Below, one piece after another: positions 36,654 through 46,644 of a DNA stretch of 64,000 nucleotides. This DNA comes from Epithemia pelagica (Eukaryota; Protista; Bacillariophyta). Under the pieces are notes generated by a model. The model was not told the origin of the DNA. It saw only the letters and a program-made list of their open reading frames with translations, and did no database searches. Position 1 is the stretch's first letter; each line of letters starts with the position of its first letter. The DNA lies in contig OX337229.1 of assembly GCA_946965045.2 (NCBI GenBank), positions 6,200,001 to 6,264,000 on the forward strand, written 5' to 3'. The translations under genes were made by a program, and so were the position numbers.

Positions 36654-37247
36654 ATAGTGAACAATGTAGCAGCGTTTTATGATTATCATTTGAGTAGGAT
36701 CTTCATTCTCTATGAATACAATCTAATTCTATAGTTGTGTTACGTTTACCGTACAATACATTGCGTTCAGGTACGGCTGTGTGAGTCACAACAAAGAAAA
36801 GAACATCAATCTTTGTTGTGAACGACGCAACTTCTAGTCTAAGTTCCATATATCTAACGAGAAGAATATCAATTTTTGACGTGAACAACGCTACAAGTGT
36901 TCATAGTCTTTGTTCTATCTTCTATCATTCGATTCTACAATAGAGGTGCATTGGTTGCACCAAGTTTTGCCGTGAGTCGCCGTAGTAAATCGCGCGGCGA
37001 CCACCTTCAACTAGATAAAACGACACCTACAAAACGAATGCAGCGCCGACATCGTTCTCCATGCTCAACCCATGAATGGAGAAGAGGTTCAGAGCACGGG
37101 ATCATGGAGCCGTCTCCTATTTGGCAAGAGATCGGTCAAAAGGACCGTTCACCATGGTCAATTTTTGGTAGAACGGTAGAGGCATAAATAGAAGGGCTAT
37201 ATTAAGGGGATGGCTCGCGCGGATTACGTAGATTTCTTACTGGAGCG

Positions 37248-37281
37248 CTACGTCAGGAACATTCTGTCTGAACTCAGCTTG
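37248..37281 (-). repeat. Right TIR
   Basis: Reverse complement is CAAGCTGAGTTCAGACAGAATGTTCCTGACGTAG; followed by TA. Confidence 0.9.
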
Positions 37282-37879
37282 TAGTTTAGTTTCCATCTAT
37301 CAACCTACTTTTCATCCTCCAGTGTCTCGGCTCGCTCTCATCCACGCTGGCCCTTTTATACGTGACTCAACATTTAGTTAGAGCTCTCGGGATCTAAGGC
37401 GCGACACGCGCAGCTCTGCGAGCCGTTTGATACTCGCCTTCTCACTTCTCACATTTTCTGTTAGTAGCGTCCGATTGTCAAGAGTGTGCACAAAAGTCTA
37501 AACTGACCCCCTTTCCATAATGGCACGCTATGGAATGTTACCAACAGGTTACGCCCGTATAGGCCCAGCGTCGATGACCGTCATAAGGCTGTGGCTGTCC
37601 GTAACCCCAGGCGCCGTTGCTGGTGGTGGAACCAACGACAAAACCGTGAATGCCTTCACCATTATTCGCAACAATTTGCCGCAAGAACCCCTTGTTGAGT
37701 ACGGTGGTGGTACATATTGCAGAGGAATGACGACTCACTATGCTCTACAGGAATTAATTTAGGATAGGTAAGTGAGTGAGTGAGTGCCAAAGAAGAAACA
37801 TCCACAGTGCGCACAAGGACAGTGGTGTAGCTGCTGATGTCCAAGATTTCTCGACTCGTCGTTTTGGTGGAGTTTTTTA

Positions 37880-39280
37880 CTAGGGAAATTCATCATTCAA
37901 AGGTTTCCACGCCATGACCCGGGGGCGTGGAGTGTTGCTGTCGTCCTCCACCACTTGTTCGGCTCCCACCATGATCATTAATAAAAAGGCTTCGTACACG
38001 AAAGGATTGTCCACCACCAGGTCCCATTCCAATCGAGTCGTATTGCAAACAACGGTAGGAGTTTTGCCATTCGCCGCCTCGGCCGCCACGTGAGGAGGAC
38101 AGAGGGTTTGACCCTGCGTCCACTCCGAAATGAGCGTGGCTTTCGGAGTAGCAAAATTGGCCAAGGCACTTGCATTGGCAATGGTCACGGCCTGTTCGCC
38201 CCACGCCTCGACAAACACTTGAATGGTCATTCGACAAATGGGTGTGGCTACATAAACGGACACGGCCGTGGCTTGGCCTGGCATTTGAAAAAAGACAACT
38301 TGATGGGCTCCAAACACATTGAGAATGTAGAGGGAATTGGCACACGACGAATCGAATCGAACTTCTTGCAAGAGGGTCGAAGCATCTCGGACCGTCGCAT
38401 TGGCCGGCCACACACGAATTTGCGTCCGATTCGGCAAGGGTTGACGATTATTAAACAAAAAGTACAAACTGTCTTCTTGCACAATGCCCTGAAAGAGTGG
38501 TGGCAGGGCATTCCCAGCGGAACCACCGGGGGCGTCGCCCGGATCGGCATTGGCCACAATATGGGCCGATTCACCCGATCCCAAGGAGGTAATGCCGCCA
38601 TACATGCCCACTTTTTGCGGAAAATCGGTACAGGTATAATCCTGAATAGGTTGCGAGGTAAAGTTTTTTATCGCACAATCACCACCGCGAAACAAGAACC
38701 CGGTCAAAGAGGGTGGTTCGGTACAGACACCATTCAAGGTTGATGCGACACAGCCCGTCAAGTAATTCGTCATGGTAATGTCCAACCCCAGAGCCTGCGT
38801 CGGATTGGAAGAAGGACTCGTGGATGGGACAAGGGATGTGGTGGGCACGACCGAAGGGAGCAAGGACTGTGTGGGAACACTGGAGGGTGTCCACGAAGGA
38901 GATTGTGTCGGAAGTGCGGTTGGATTCGTCGCAGTGTCATTGTTGTCGTTGTCGGTTCCGTCGGGATTTGTATCGGCGTCCGTACTGGCACTCGTCGTAC
39001 CATTGTCTTGTTGGTCCAGGACGAGGGCGGTCGTGACGACAATCACCACCACGACAACGAGCACTACTGCCAGAACAATCCATAGAATGGGAGTCCAGGA
39101 CATGCGACGACGACTCGATTGTCCTCGACCTTTGGTTGGTTCATTGGCTTGTTCTACTGTCGCTTGCTCGTGCGCTGCTGGTTGTTCTTGTGGTTCGACG
39201 AGTGCGGTTTGTCGGCGAAACTTCCATGGTTTGTCCTTCCAGGACCATGAGCTCCGAGATGGGTTCGGGGTGGACGCCAC
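37880..39280 (-). CDS. Type II single-pass membrane protein with S/T/P stalk and Cys-containing ectodomain
   Basis: TM ILWIVLAVVLVVVVVIVVTTALVL; PTQSPS/PSSVPT mucin-like repeats; GGDC...CTD...CANS ectodomain. Confidence 0.65.
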   Translation of the reverse strand: MASTPNPSRSSWSWKDKPWKFRRQTALVEPQEQPAAHEQATVEQANEPTKGRGQSSRRRMSWTPILWIVLAVVLVVVVVIVVTTALVLDQQDNGTTSASTDADTNPDGTDNDNNDTATNPTALPTQSPSWTPSSVPTQSLLPSVVPTTSLVPSTSPSSNPTQALGLDITMTNYLTGCVASTLNGVCTEPPSLTGFLFRGGDCAIKNFTSQPIQDYTCTDFPQKVGMYGGITSLGSGESAHIVANADPGDAPGGSAGNALPPLFQGIVQEDSLYFLFNNRQPLPNRTQIRVWPANATVRDASTLLQEVRFDSSCANSLYILNVFGAHQVVFFQMPGQATAVSVYVATPICRMTIQVFVEAWGEQAVTIANASALANFATPKATLISEWTQGQTLCPPHVAAEAANGKTPTVVCNTTRLEWDLVVDNPFVYEAFLLMIMVGAEQVVEDDSNTPRPRVMAWKPLNDEFP

Positions 39281-40038
39281 CCACTGGTTCTTCTTGGTCT
39301 TGATGTAATTGCAGATTCCGATTCGATTGGCAGCATGTGGATTGAAGGAGTTTCATGGGAAGAAGTATTGTCATTTGGAGTGGCTCCTTCTTGGGTCGGA
39401 ACGGTCCGAGACAGTGTCTCTGCGTTCTGGTGGTCGGCCCCTGGCATCGTACAATCAACCGCGCCGCAACGTGACGTTCTAGGTAGAACAAGAAAAGCCT
39501 TGTGTCTTTTCTGTAAAACAACAACAGGAGACGAGATGCCGCAAAGGACGATTGTTAGAATCGAGAAAGGACAGAAATCTCTGGTATTGGCAACGAGCGA
39601 GAACGTGGCTCTTAAACGAGAGAAGATTCACTTTGCAGAATCATTTTCTCTCTAGAAACTTACTCGAACGGTACCAGATATTGTGTTTTATCTGTTCAGA
39701 TCTCCATCCCGACCACGACTCTTGGATTTGGATCGTTTCTGTCGTCTCCAACAGAAGCAGTGTGCAGAAAAGAGGGATGTGTTGTTGTTGCTATTGGAGC
39801 ATGAGAGAATCTCTTTTTACTCTTTATGCTCATTTCTCTATTTCAACTTTCAACGCGCAAGAGAAAACGTAGATGCTGCAACAAAGTCGAAAACTGCAAG
39901 AACTATCGTCGTTGTTCGTGTGTTGAATGTGGTTCTTGGTGTCGTTCTTCGTGTCGTTGGATCTTCACTGGGGGCTCAGAAAGATCTTTATATTATAATG
40001 CTAGAGAGGATAGAGGAGTATGTACGCTATCCGCTATG

Positions 40039-40215
40039 TGTCTTATTCTACTTGATAGAATCCGTTCCAAAGAAAGACTAAGATAAGCGTTACAACTACA
40101 TCCATCGCATAAAACCAGTAAAGTGGCCCCCGGCCATAAGGCCCAATCTACGTCGCCATAAGGCCCAACCTACGTCATGCTGACGTATCAATCCCGTATC
40201 GACCAGAATGAGACA
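40039..40215 (-). repeat. 3' LTR of element 2, containing a 22-bp tandem duplication (40133-40176)
   Basis: GCCATAAGGCCCAA(T/C)CTACGTC x2; LTR identical by eye to 46468-46644. Confidence 0.95.
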
Positions 40216-40261
40216 GTCCCCGCCAGTGGATCAACCAATGAGAGTTGAGTTACTGGCCCCA

Positions 40262-43200
40262 TTAGAGGTGTGCGGGATTGGTCCCATTGGTAGATAAGGA
40301 CGGAGGACCGCCTGCCCCGAAAGCGGCCGAATACGTAAACTGCGAAATGAGAATATTCCGACGTTCCCGTGGTAAGATCTTGGTGAAAAGATCAGCGATG
40401 TTGGATTCAGTATCTTCCTTGCCCACACGGATAATAGATGCCGCTGCTGCCTCGCGTACCGAGTGGTAGTTGATAGCATTGTGCCTCTTGCTCAAGACTG
40501 AAGACGGGAGACTCGTGTTTTTCACGACACCCCGGTTGTCACAGAGAACACTCGCCGGACCAACCAAAGGAACCCCAAACATCCGAAGTTTGTACCGTAA
40601 TGCGACGATCATTTCCTTGGCGATACGAAGCGCGACAAATTCGCTGCCAAAACTTGAAGTCTCAACGGTATTTTGCCTCTTGGAGTACCACAAGATGGGA
40701 GCATTTTGCACAAAGATGAGTATACCGGTGTGAGATCGACGAGTGACAACGTTTCCAGCATGGTCAGCATCCACGAAACATGTGATACTGACAGGACGCC
40801 CCAATGGTGGAGGCATTTTACTTGGAATCTCCTCGGCAACTTCGCCGTAAAACTCTTTCCAATCGTCAATTGGCACTTGGGGAAAACATGACTCATCCAG
40901 CACCACGTCCTTTGGATCAAAGACCAGCTTCAGCTTCGAGTGCGACTTGAGGAAAGCAAATATGTGATAGACTGCCTCCAAGTGACCGACCCTCGGGTTT
41001 GCCAAGAATTGTGAAAGAATGGACACTTCCAAGTAGATGTCCACTCGCCCAATCTCCACGGCCCAACGTAACACACCAATCAACTGTTGATACCGCGACG
41101 TTAATGCTGCGTTGAGTTCTGGGGTTGTGTCCAACTCCGGCTTGTAAGAAGAGACAACCGGTACCTTGGCCGTCGTTTTAAGGTGTTTCCCGTCCCCGTC
41201 TTCCTTGAGAAGATCTTCCACGATTCGAATCGCGTTGGCGACATATTTTTCACTGGACATGCCCCATGCCCATGACCCGCTTGGCAAGTTGTGTTTATAT
41301 ATCTGAGCGCCGAGATACACTGTTGGCTCACCCACGCTCCCTGCTTTAATCTTGTAATGTTTATCAATCTCGTCAAGTACCGGATGCGGATCTTCGCTTA
41401 CCAATAGTATGTCATCCACATAGACTAATATGATCTCATAATATTCCTCTCCCGAGCTTCTCCTCGCCTTCCTCCGTAGGACACATGGATCCGCTTGGGT
41501 GTCAATGAAACCCATATCATAAAGGGTCACCATGAGCGTGGCCCGCCAACTTGCACCGGAGGATTTCAGCCCGTATAGGGCCCTTACCATGACACAGACC
41601 TTTCCCTGAAACTCGTTCCCCACTTCCGGACCCCCATGAAACCAAATCTTCTCTCGACATGGCGCATTCAAGTAGGCATTACCTATATCACACGCGAGTA
41701 CCTTTAGCCCATTGAGTGCGGCAATGAGGAAAGCAATCCTGATTGAGTCTCGGCTGACGACGCTCGAGTAGGTCAGGCTTGACGGCGCGTCAGTCATATG
41801 CCCCCCTGCCACGAGCCGTGCCTTCCTGGTAAGATCCATTTTTATGTCAAAAACCATATGACATTTAATTTCCGTATACCCGATGAGCTGCCGCCCTGCC
41901 CGTACCTCTTCTAGATCCAGATCGTCCCTCGCTTCCCATGCTACCTTCACTACCCTGAGCTCCTTGTCTATCGCATCCCTCCAGAAGGTAGTTCCAGTTA
42001 CCCCATCAATCTTTAGTGCCTCTTCAACCGAATGGGGTAGCTTTATCCCATATTTCTCCGTGGTCTTCCAATATTTCTTCTTCACTTTCTTCACCATCCG
42101 ACGCATATGGTTTAGCGTCTGTGGCACCCACCACTTGAATGCTGGTTCTTCCACTAGTCCTTGTGCGACCGCGTACTCTGCCAACTCGACTGCGTACCCA
42201 TTTTTCGCGTCCCTAAGAGGTATCCACATTTGCGTCCCGTCTCGACATTCGACAGCTATTTCCCATCCTTTCGTCGTTTTCTTCGGGTGCCGATTCCCGT
42301 TCTGTCCCACATGGTATCCGTCCTCGATGGCCACAGCGTCCCCGTTTTTCCTGTGACCGACGATCTCCTGTATAACGACGTATCTCTTTCCCTCCGTGTC
42401 CAGCTGTGAATAGAGATTTTCCGCCACCAAGTTGGCAGTGTATTCCTGTATCACGCCACCAGGAAAGCTTACCTGGTACGTTCTTGTGTCGAATTTCGGG
42501 TTTCGATTGAACTTTCCTACTGGCTTGCCATCTAACCCTTTTTGCCGTTTTTCCACTGTGCCAAACATCTGCTCACCTCCCATCTCGACTTGTATCTGTG
42601 CTCCGATGTACTCGTCGTATCCTTCCCCGTGCAAATCGGCCTCATCTGTCTCCTCGACGATCATGTCACCATATTCGTCGTCCGTTGGGACGATCCCGAC
42701 ACGTCCCCGTCTTTCCTCTTCCGGTTCTACATCCTCGAGATAACCCGGCCCATTTCCTTCTTCATCGGTGAAATTCTGATCGTCTAACCTCTCCTCAACA
42801 ATCAACTTGAATTGTTTGACCCTTTCGGCAATGTCTGGCTTTCCCATATCTTCTTCCGTGACATGTTGCACCGTTGTCCGAGCAATCACCTTTCCCCCCT
42901 TTGTCAAGATCCAGTAGCAAAGGTCACTCCCGATTCGATGCGCAATCCCTAACCAGTATCCCAGCTGCACGAGATCGTCCGCTGCATCTGTTTTGGCATT
43001 GTTGTGAAACCACACGAGGTCATAGAAGGAAAAATCAATCCACTCCGAGATGTCCGGTGTATCTCCTGAGAGTCGTTCTAAGCCGGAACGGCCGTCATGT
43101 CCCCGGGCGACTCGACTGAGTACACCGGCCTCGTAAACAAGACCATAGTCCCAAAGCCTTCTTGGGACATGAAGATCCATGGCACGTCTGTGCCACCTCT

Positions 43201-46200
43201 GTTTGAGCAACCCGATCTCGCGTTCGGCACGGTGATTTTGTTTCCCCGTATTGCGCTCTGTCCAGTGCATGTCAATACGATGCATGCGGACCAATTTCTG
43301 GAACATGGTGGATTCACCAACCTGCTCTCCGGCCATATCTGCCGTCATCTTGTCGGGTATGCCGACTTCATCAATGAACCTTGCAAGCGCTTGCCCGACA
43401 TGTGCCTTGCTGACCATGGGATAAACCGAGGTGAACTGCCCGTCGGTGAAGACTTGGGCACACTTGTTCCCTGACAGCGAAGTCGTTTTCGAAAATAGAG
43501 TGTCCGTATAGATACGCGTTTGCAATCTGTTACGATGTAGGGCTAAGTTATCCACGCGGTATCGTCGTGTGATAGGCGAGATAGCCGTCCGGATCCCCTG
43601 TTGGGTGGTTACTCGGAGGGTAGCCCGAGCCGAATCGAGTCCAATGCGCCACTTGCGACTGAGTGATTCCGGTGTGACTGCCCCATGTCGCGTGCTCTCC
43701 ACTTGCTTGACACGCGGACGAGCGGCCAGCTCGCGGTTGATTCCTTGAGGTACCAGAGCAGCCGAGATCGCTCCGACCCCGGCCATGCCCATGTCATGCG
43801 TCTCGAGGTACGGACTGTCCCCTTTTTGCAACAAGTCTACCGTATGGGGATCCCATTTTTCCTGCCGAGTAAGGACGACCGACGGCAAACTCTCGATGTC
43901 TTGAGGACTGGGTGCCCGGGACTCAAAATACACCGTCGTTCCGCGTAGCTGAAACGGAATGTGGAACCCATCGATCCATATCCCAAACCCTTCCTTGTCC
44001 TGCCGCGTCGGGTCATCTCGGACGTCATGCCCCGCGTGGCGCACCTGATTTTGATTCAATAAGGATTTGTCTAATCTGTTACCGAACCACAGCATCTGAT
44101 GACCAATAATCACAATTTCCATCCCAGACTTCCGATCCCTCACCACCGTTGCACATGTCGCGACTGGGACGGATGTTGCCCCCACTTGATTGCCAGCGAA
44201 ATCATTCACTGTGCATTCCATGCCAGTTGTCTCCACCAAGGTCCAGTTGCGTCCAGCGCAACACGTATCTGCCATGGTATCCATTTCGTTTCTGCCAGTC
44301 TCTCCCCCGGATCCTTGCTTCAACAACCAACCTTTCTCCACCTTCCCGACCCGTCTCTGCGGACCACAATTCACTACCGATATGCCATGGCGGCTACTCC
44401 CCGAATCGTCCCCATAAGCCCCGTTCCCGAACCTTCTCCCATTGGTGCTTCCGCGCTCTCCCTGAGTATTGCCGTCACTTCCCCTATTGCCGTCACTTCC
44501 CCCATTGCCCCCGCTGGTGGTGCGATTCCCCTCGTTGGTGATATCCGTGATGACGGATTGGTTCTCCATTTGAATTTCGGCGACCCCACGGCCTCCACCA
44601 TGTCGTCCACCACCATGTCCTCGTCCACCGCGACCACGTCCCCGGCCACCGAAAGTACGGCCGCCACCACGACCGCCCTGTGCTCGAACACGTTCCCGTT
44701 CCTGATGGATGTAAGCTTGGCCACTGGGACCTAACAAGTTCATTTCTTGGCTTGAGAATCGGCGGGTGACATCAGTCACGTCCACGCCAAAGAAGGTGTA
44801 AACGCCATTGTTCTGCTCAAGGCCAGTAAAATTGCGCGGCCGATTACTTGATGTGGCTTCCGAAACAAAGCGGTGACGCCCTTGGTTGCGACGGTTCCCG
44901 ACAGCGACATCCGGGTAGATGTCAGATATCTCTCGAGAGATATACGCAATAGCCCCTTGAAGATCGGTCCGGTGGTTGCTTCGAACGTACGATTTAATCA
45001 CAGCGAACTCTGCTGTCGCCACCTTCATATTGTCGATGAGAATCTTGACCTGGTTCGCCGTAGACCGGCGATTTGGGGTGCTATCCAACGTCCGAAAAGC
45101 ACGCAATAGTTGTGCCGAGTACGAGTCAAAGCTAAATACACGTTCGTTTTGATAGACCACCGTTTCTAAAATAGCTTCAGCCTTGGAGATGCGACGTTCC
45201 TTCTGTCCCCCCCCATCGAAATGATCGACCAATGCCATCCATGCGCGTCGACCATCTTGTGAAGCCTGGAAAGGCTGAATCCACGTCGCAGGTTGATCCT
45301 TGACAAGGTCACTCAATAGGCGAAACACTTCCTTGTTGTCTTCTTTGAAGTACGGCCCACCTAGAGGGTAGCTATAGAGCTCTTGTTCCCTAGTGCTTGC
45401 AAAGACATGGGTAGGCGCTAAATCGGGACGAATCACGTAGTCCAATGGTGCCTTCTGTTTTCCATAGATATGCGATAGGTAGGTTGGGAACTCTTGACTC
45501 CAATCCTCCCAGTCTTCTTCCTTGAGGGCAGAGGGCTTAATATCAGGTGCAGAGGATTTCTCCGACTGGATCTCCATTGCGTCCAGGGATTCGGCTAGGA
45601 CAGCAGTTGTGAAGTCTCCGTAGTTAAGCGGACGGCCTTGACGACGCGCTCTGGCGGACCAGAAGCACATTCCTTGAATGTTCTTTACGACGCTTGAAGG
45701 AATCGCCACGTTGTGCGGGTACGGGCGCTTTTCCAGCCTCGACACCAGTTGGGTCACGTCATCCGATGTCATTCTTCCATATGACTCTAGGGTGTTAAGG
45801 CGTTCGGTATGTTCCAGGGCGTATATTTCGAAAGGATTCGCGCCACATACACTAAGTGCCATTCCCACAGCAGAGAGGGGTGGTGGTGGTGCTGGAACGC
45901 CTGGAGGTATTCCACCTCCTCCTCCTCCTCCAGCGCCACCACCGCCTGCTCCTCCTCCTCCGCCTCCAGCGCCGCCGCCTGCACCTCCTCCTGCACCTCC
46001 TCCTGCACCTCCTCCTGCAGCACCGCCGCCGCCTCCGCCTCCTGCGGCACCGCCACCATGTCCGCCTCCTCCCGCTCCCAGCGCACCACATCCTGCACCG
46101 GCTCCACCGCCGGCACCTCCCGTTCCGGCGCTTCCTGCGCCAGTCCCAGGCGCACCACCTGGTGCCGCCACTCCCGGGGCCGTTCCTGCAGCTGTCCCTG

Positions 46201-46429
46201 CTGCGGTTCCTCCTGTAGTTCCAGGTACACCTCCTGGCGGGTCACTCCCTCCCGCTCCCGTTCCCATACTTGCGCCATGGCGTGAAGTACGATCTCCTCC
46301 CCCATTCCCCGTGGCCCCGGGGTTCCCATTTCCGCTTCCGCCTCCACTTCCGCTTCCGCTTCCGCTTCCGCTTCCGCTCCTTCCACTTGCAGTTGCAGTT
46401 TTCGTATTCGATCGTGTCGATGTAGCCAT
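40262..46429 (-). CDS. Copia Gag-Pol polyprotein (2055 aa) with Gly/Ala-rich N-terminus
   Basis: Protease EMDTMADTCCAG; integrase IYTDTLF...ADMAGE...NHRAE; RT RKARLVAGGH and YVDD; RNase H WYSKRQNTVETSSFGSEF...ADLFTK. Confidence 0.96.
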   Translation of the reverse strand: MATSTRSNTKTATASGRSGSGSGSGSGSGGGSGNGNPGATGNGGGDRTSRHGASMGTGAGGSDPPGGVPGTTGGTAAGTAAGTAPGVAAPGGAPGTGAGSAGTGGAGGGAGAGCGALGAGGGGHGGGAAGGGGGGGAAGGGAGGGAGGGAGGGAGGGGGGAGGGGAGGGGGGGIPPGVPAPPPPLSAVGMALSVCGANPFEIYALEHTERLNTLESYGRMTSDDVTQLVSRLEKRPYPHNVAIPSSVVKNIQGMCFWSARARRQGRPLNYGDFTTAVLAESLDAMEIQSEKSSAPDIKPSALKEEDWEDWSQEFPTYLSHIYGKQKAPLDYVIRPDLAPTHVFASTREQELYSYPLGGPYFKEDNKEVFRLLSDLVKDQPATWIQPFQASQDGRRAWMALVDHFDGGGQKERRISKAEAILETVVYQNERVFSFDSYSAQLLRAFRTLDSTPNRRSTANQVKILIDNMKVATAEFAVIKSYVRSNHRTDLQGAIAYISREISDIYPDVAVGNRRNQGRHRFVSEATSSNRPRNFTGLEQNNGVYTFFGVDVTDVTRRFSSQEMNLLGPSGQAYIHQERERVRAQGGRGGGRTFGGRGRGRGGRGHGGGRHGGGRGVAEIQMENQSVITDITNEGNRTTSGGNGGSDGNRGSDGNTQGERGSTNGRRFGNGAYGDDSGSSRHGISVVNCGPQRRVGKVEKGWLLKQGSGGETGRNEMDTMADTCCAGRNWTLVETTGMECTVNDFAGNQVGATSVPVATCATVVRDRKSGMEIVIIGHQMLWFGNRLDKSLLNQNQVRHAGHDVRDDPTRQDKEGFGIWIDGFHIPFQLRGTTVYFESRAPSPQDIESLPSVVLTRQEKWDPHTVDLLQKGDSPYLETHDMGMAGVGAISAALVPQGINRELAARPRVKQVESTRHGAVTPESLSRKWRIGLDSARATLRVTTQQGIRTAISPITRRYRVDNLALHRNRLQTRIYTDTLFSKTTSLSGNKCAQVFTDGQFTSVYPMVSKAHVGQALARFIDEVGIPDKMTADMAGEQVGESTMFQKLVRMHRIDMHWTERNTGKQNHRAEREIGLLKQRWHRRAMDLHVPRRLWDYGLVYEAGVLSRVARGHDGRSGLERLSGDTPDISEWIDFSFYDLVWFHNNAKTDAADDLVQLGYWLGIAHRIGSDLCYWILTKGGKVIARTTVQHVTEEDMGKPDIAERVKQFKLIVEERLDDQNFTDEEGNGPGYLEDVEPEEERRGRVGIVPTDDEYGDMIVEETDEADLHGEGYDEYIGAQIQVEMGGEQMFGTVEKRQKGLDGKPVGKFNRNPKFDTRTYQVSFPGGVIQEYTANLVAENLYSQLDTEGKRYVVIQEIVGHRKNGDAVAIEDGYHVGQNGNRHPKKTTKGWEIAVECRDGTQMWIPLRDAKNGYAVELAEYAVAQGLVEEPAFKWWVPQTLNHMRRMVKKVKKKYWKTTEKYGIKLPHSVEEALKIDGVTGTTFWRDAIDKELRVVKVAWEARDDLDLEEVRAGRQLIGYTEIKCHMVFDIKMDLTRKARLVAGGHMTDAPSSLTYSSVVSRDSIRIAFLIAALNGLKVLACDIGNAYLNAPCREKIWFHGGPEVGNEFQGKVCVMVRALYGLKSSGASWRATLMVTLYDMGFIDTQADPCVLRRKARRSSGEEYYEIILVYVDDILLVSEDPHPVLDEIDKHYKIKAGSVGEPTVYLGAQIYKHNLPSGSWAWGMSSEKYVANAIRIVEDLLKEDGDGKHLKTTAKVPVVSSYKPELDTTPELNAALTSRYQQLIGVLRWAVEIGRVDIYLEVSILSQFLANPRVGHLEAVYHIFAFLKSHSKLKLVFDPKDVVLDESCFPQVPIDDWKEFYGEVAEEIPSKMPPPLGRPVSITCFVDADHAGNVVTRRSHTGILIFVQNAPILWYSKRQNTVETSSFGSEFVALRIAKEMIVALRYKLRMFGVPLVGPASVLCDNRGVVKNTSLPSSVLSKRHNAINYHSVREAAAASIIRVGKEDTESNIADLFTKILPRERRNILISQFTYSAAFGAGGPPSLSTNGTNPAHL

Positions 46430-46453
46430 TCTTCGTTCTTCTTTACCAGACGA

Positions 46454-46467
46454 TGGGTCTGATAAAC
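46454..46467 (-). promoter_or_regulatory. Primer-binding site GTTTATCAGACCCA (complement of a tRNA-Ile-like anticodon arm)
   Basis: Abuts the 5' LTR; reverse complement is TGGGT-CTGATAA-AC. Confidence 0.7.
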
Positions 46468-46644
46468 TGTCTTATTCTACTTGATAGAATCCGTTCCAAA
46501 GAAAGACTAAGATAAGCGTTACAACTACATCCATCGCATAAAACCAGTAAAGTGGCCCCCGGCCATAAGGCCCAATCTACGTCGCCATAAGGCCCAACCT
46601 ACGTCATGCTGACGTATCAATCCCGTATCGACCAGAATGAGACA
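46468..46644 (-). repeat. 5' LTR of element 2
   Basis: Identical by eye to 40039-40215. Confidence 0.95.

Larger units (their letters stand above)
27472..37281 (+). mobile_element. 9.8-kb IS630/Tc1/mariner-like TIR DNA transposon carrying cargo genes
   Basis: 34-bp terminal inverted repeats CAAGCTGAGTTCAG-N5-ATGTTCCTGACGTAG (27472-27505 and 37248-37281, 31/34 match); TA dinucleotide on both sides (27470-27471, 37282-37283); DDE transposase inside. Confidence 0.88.
40039..46644 (-). mobile_element. Complete Ty1/Copia LTR retrotransposon, element 2 (different family from elements 1 and 3)
   Basis: Apparently identical 177-bp LTRs (40039-40215 and 46468-46644, TGTCT...AGACA); flanked by TATG on both sides; intact 2055-aa ORF; PPT-like GGCGGGGAC. 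Confidence 0.96.

Noticed and set aside
45678-46484. Poly-Pro plus-strand ORF and Glu-rich alternative frame
   Set aside because: Mirror translations of the Gly/Ala repeat in element 2 Gag.
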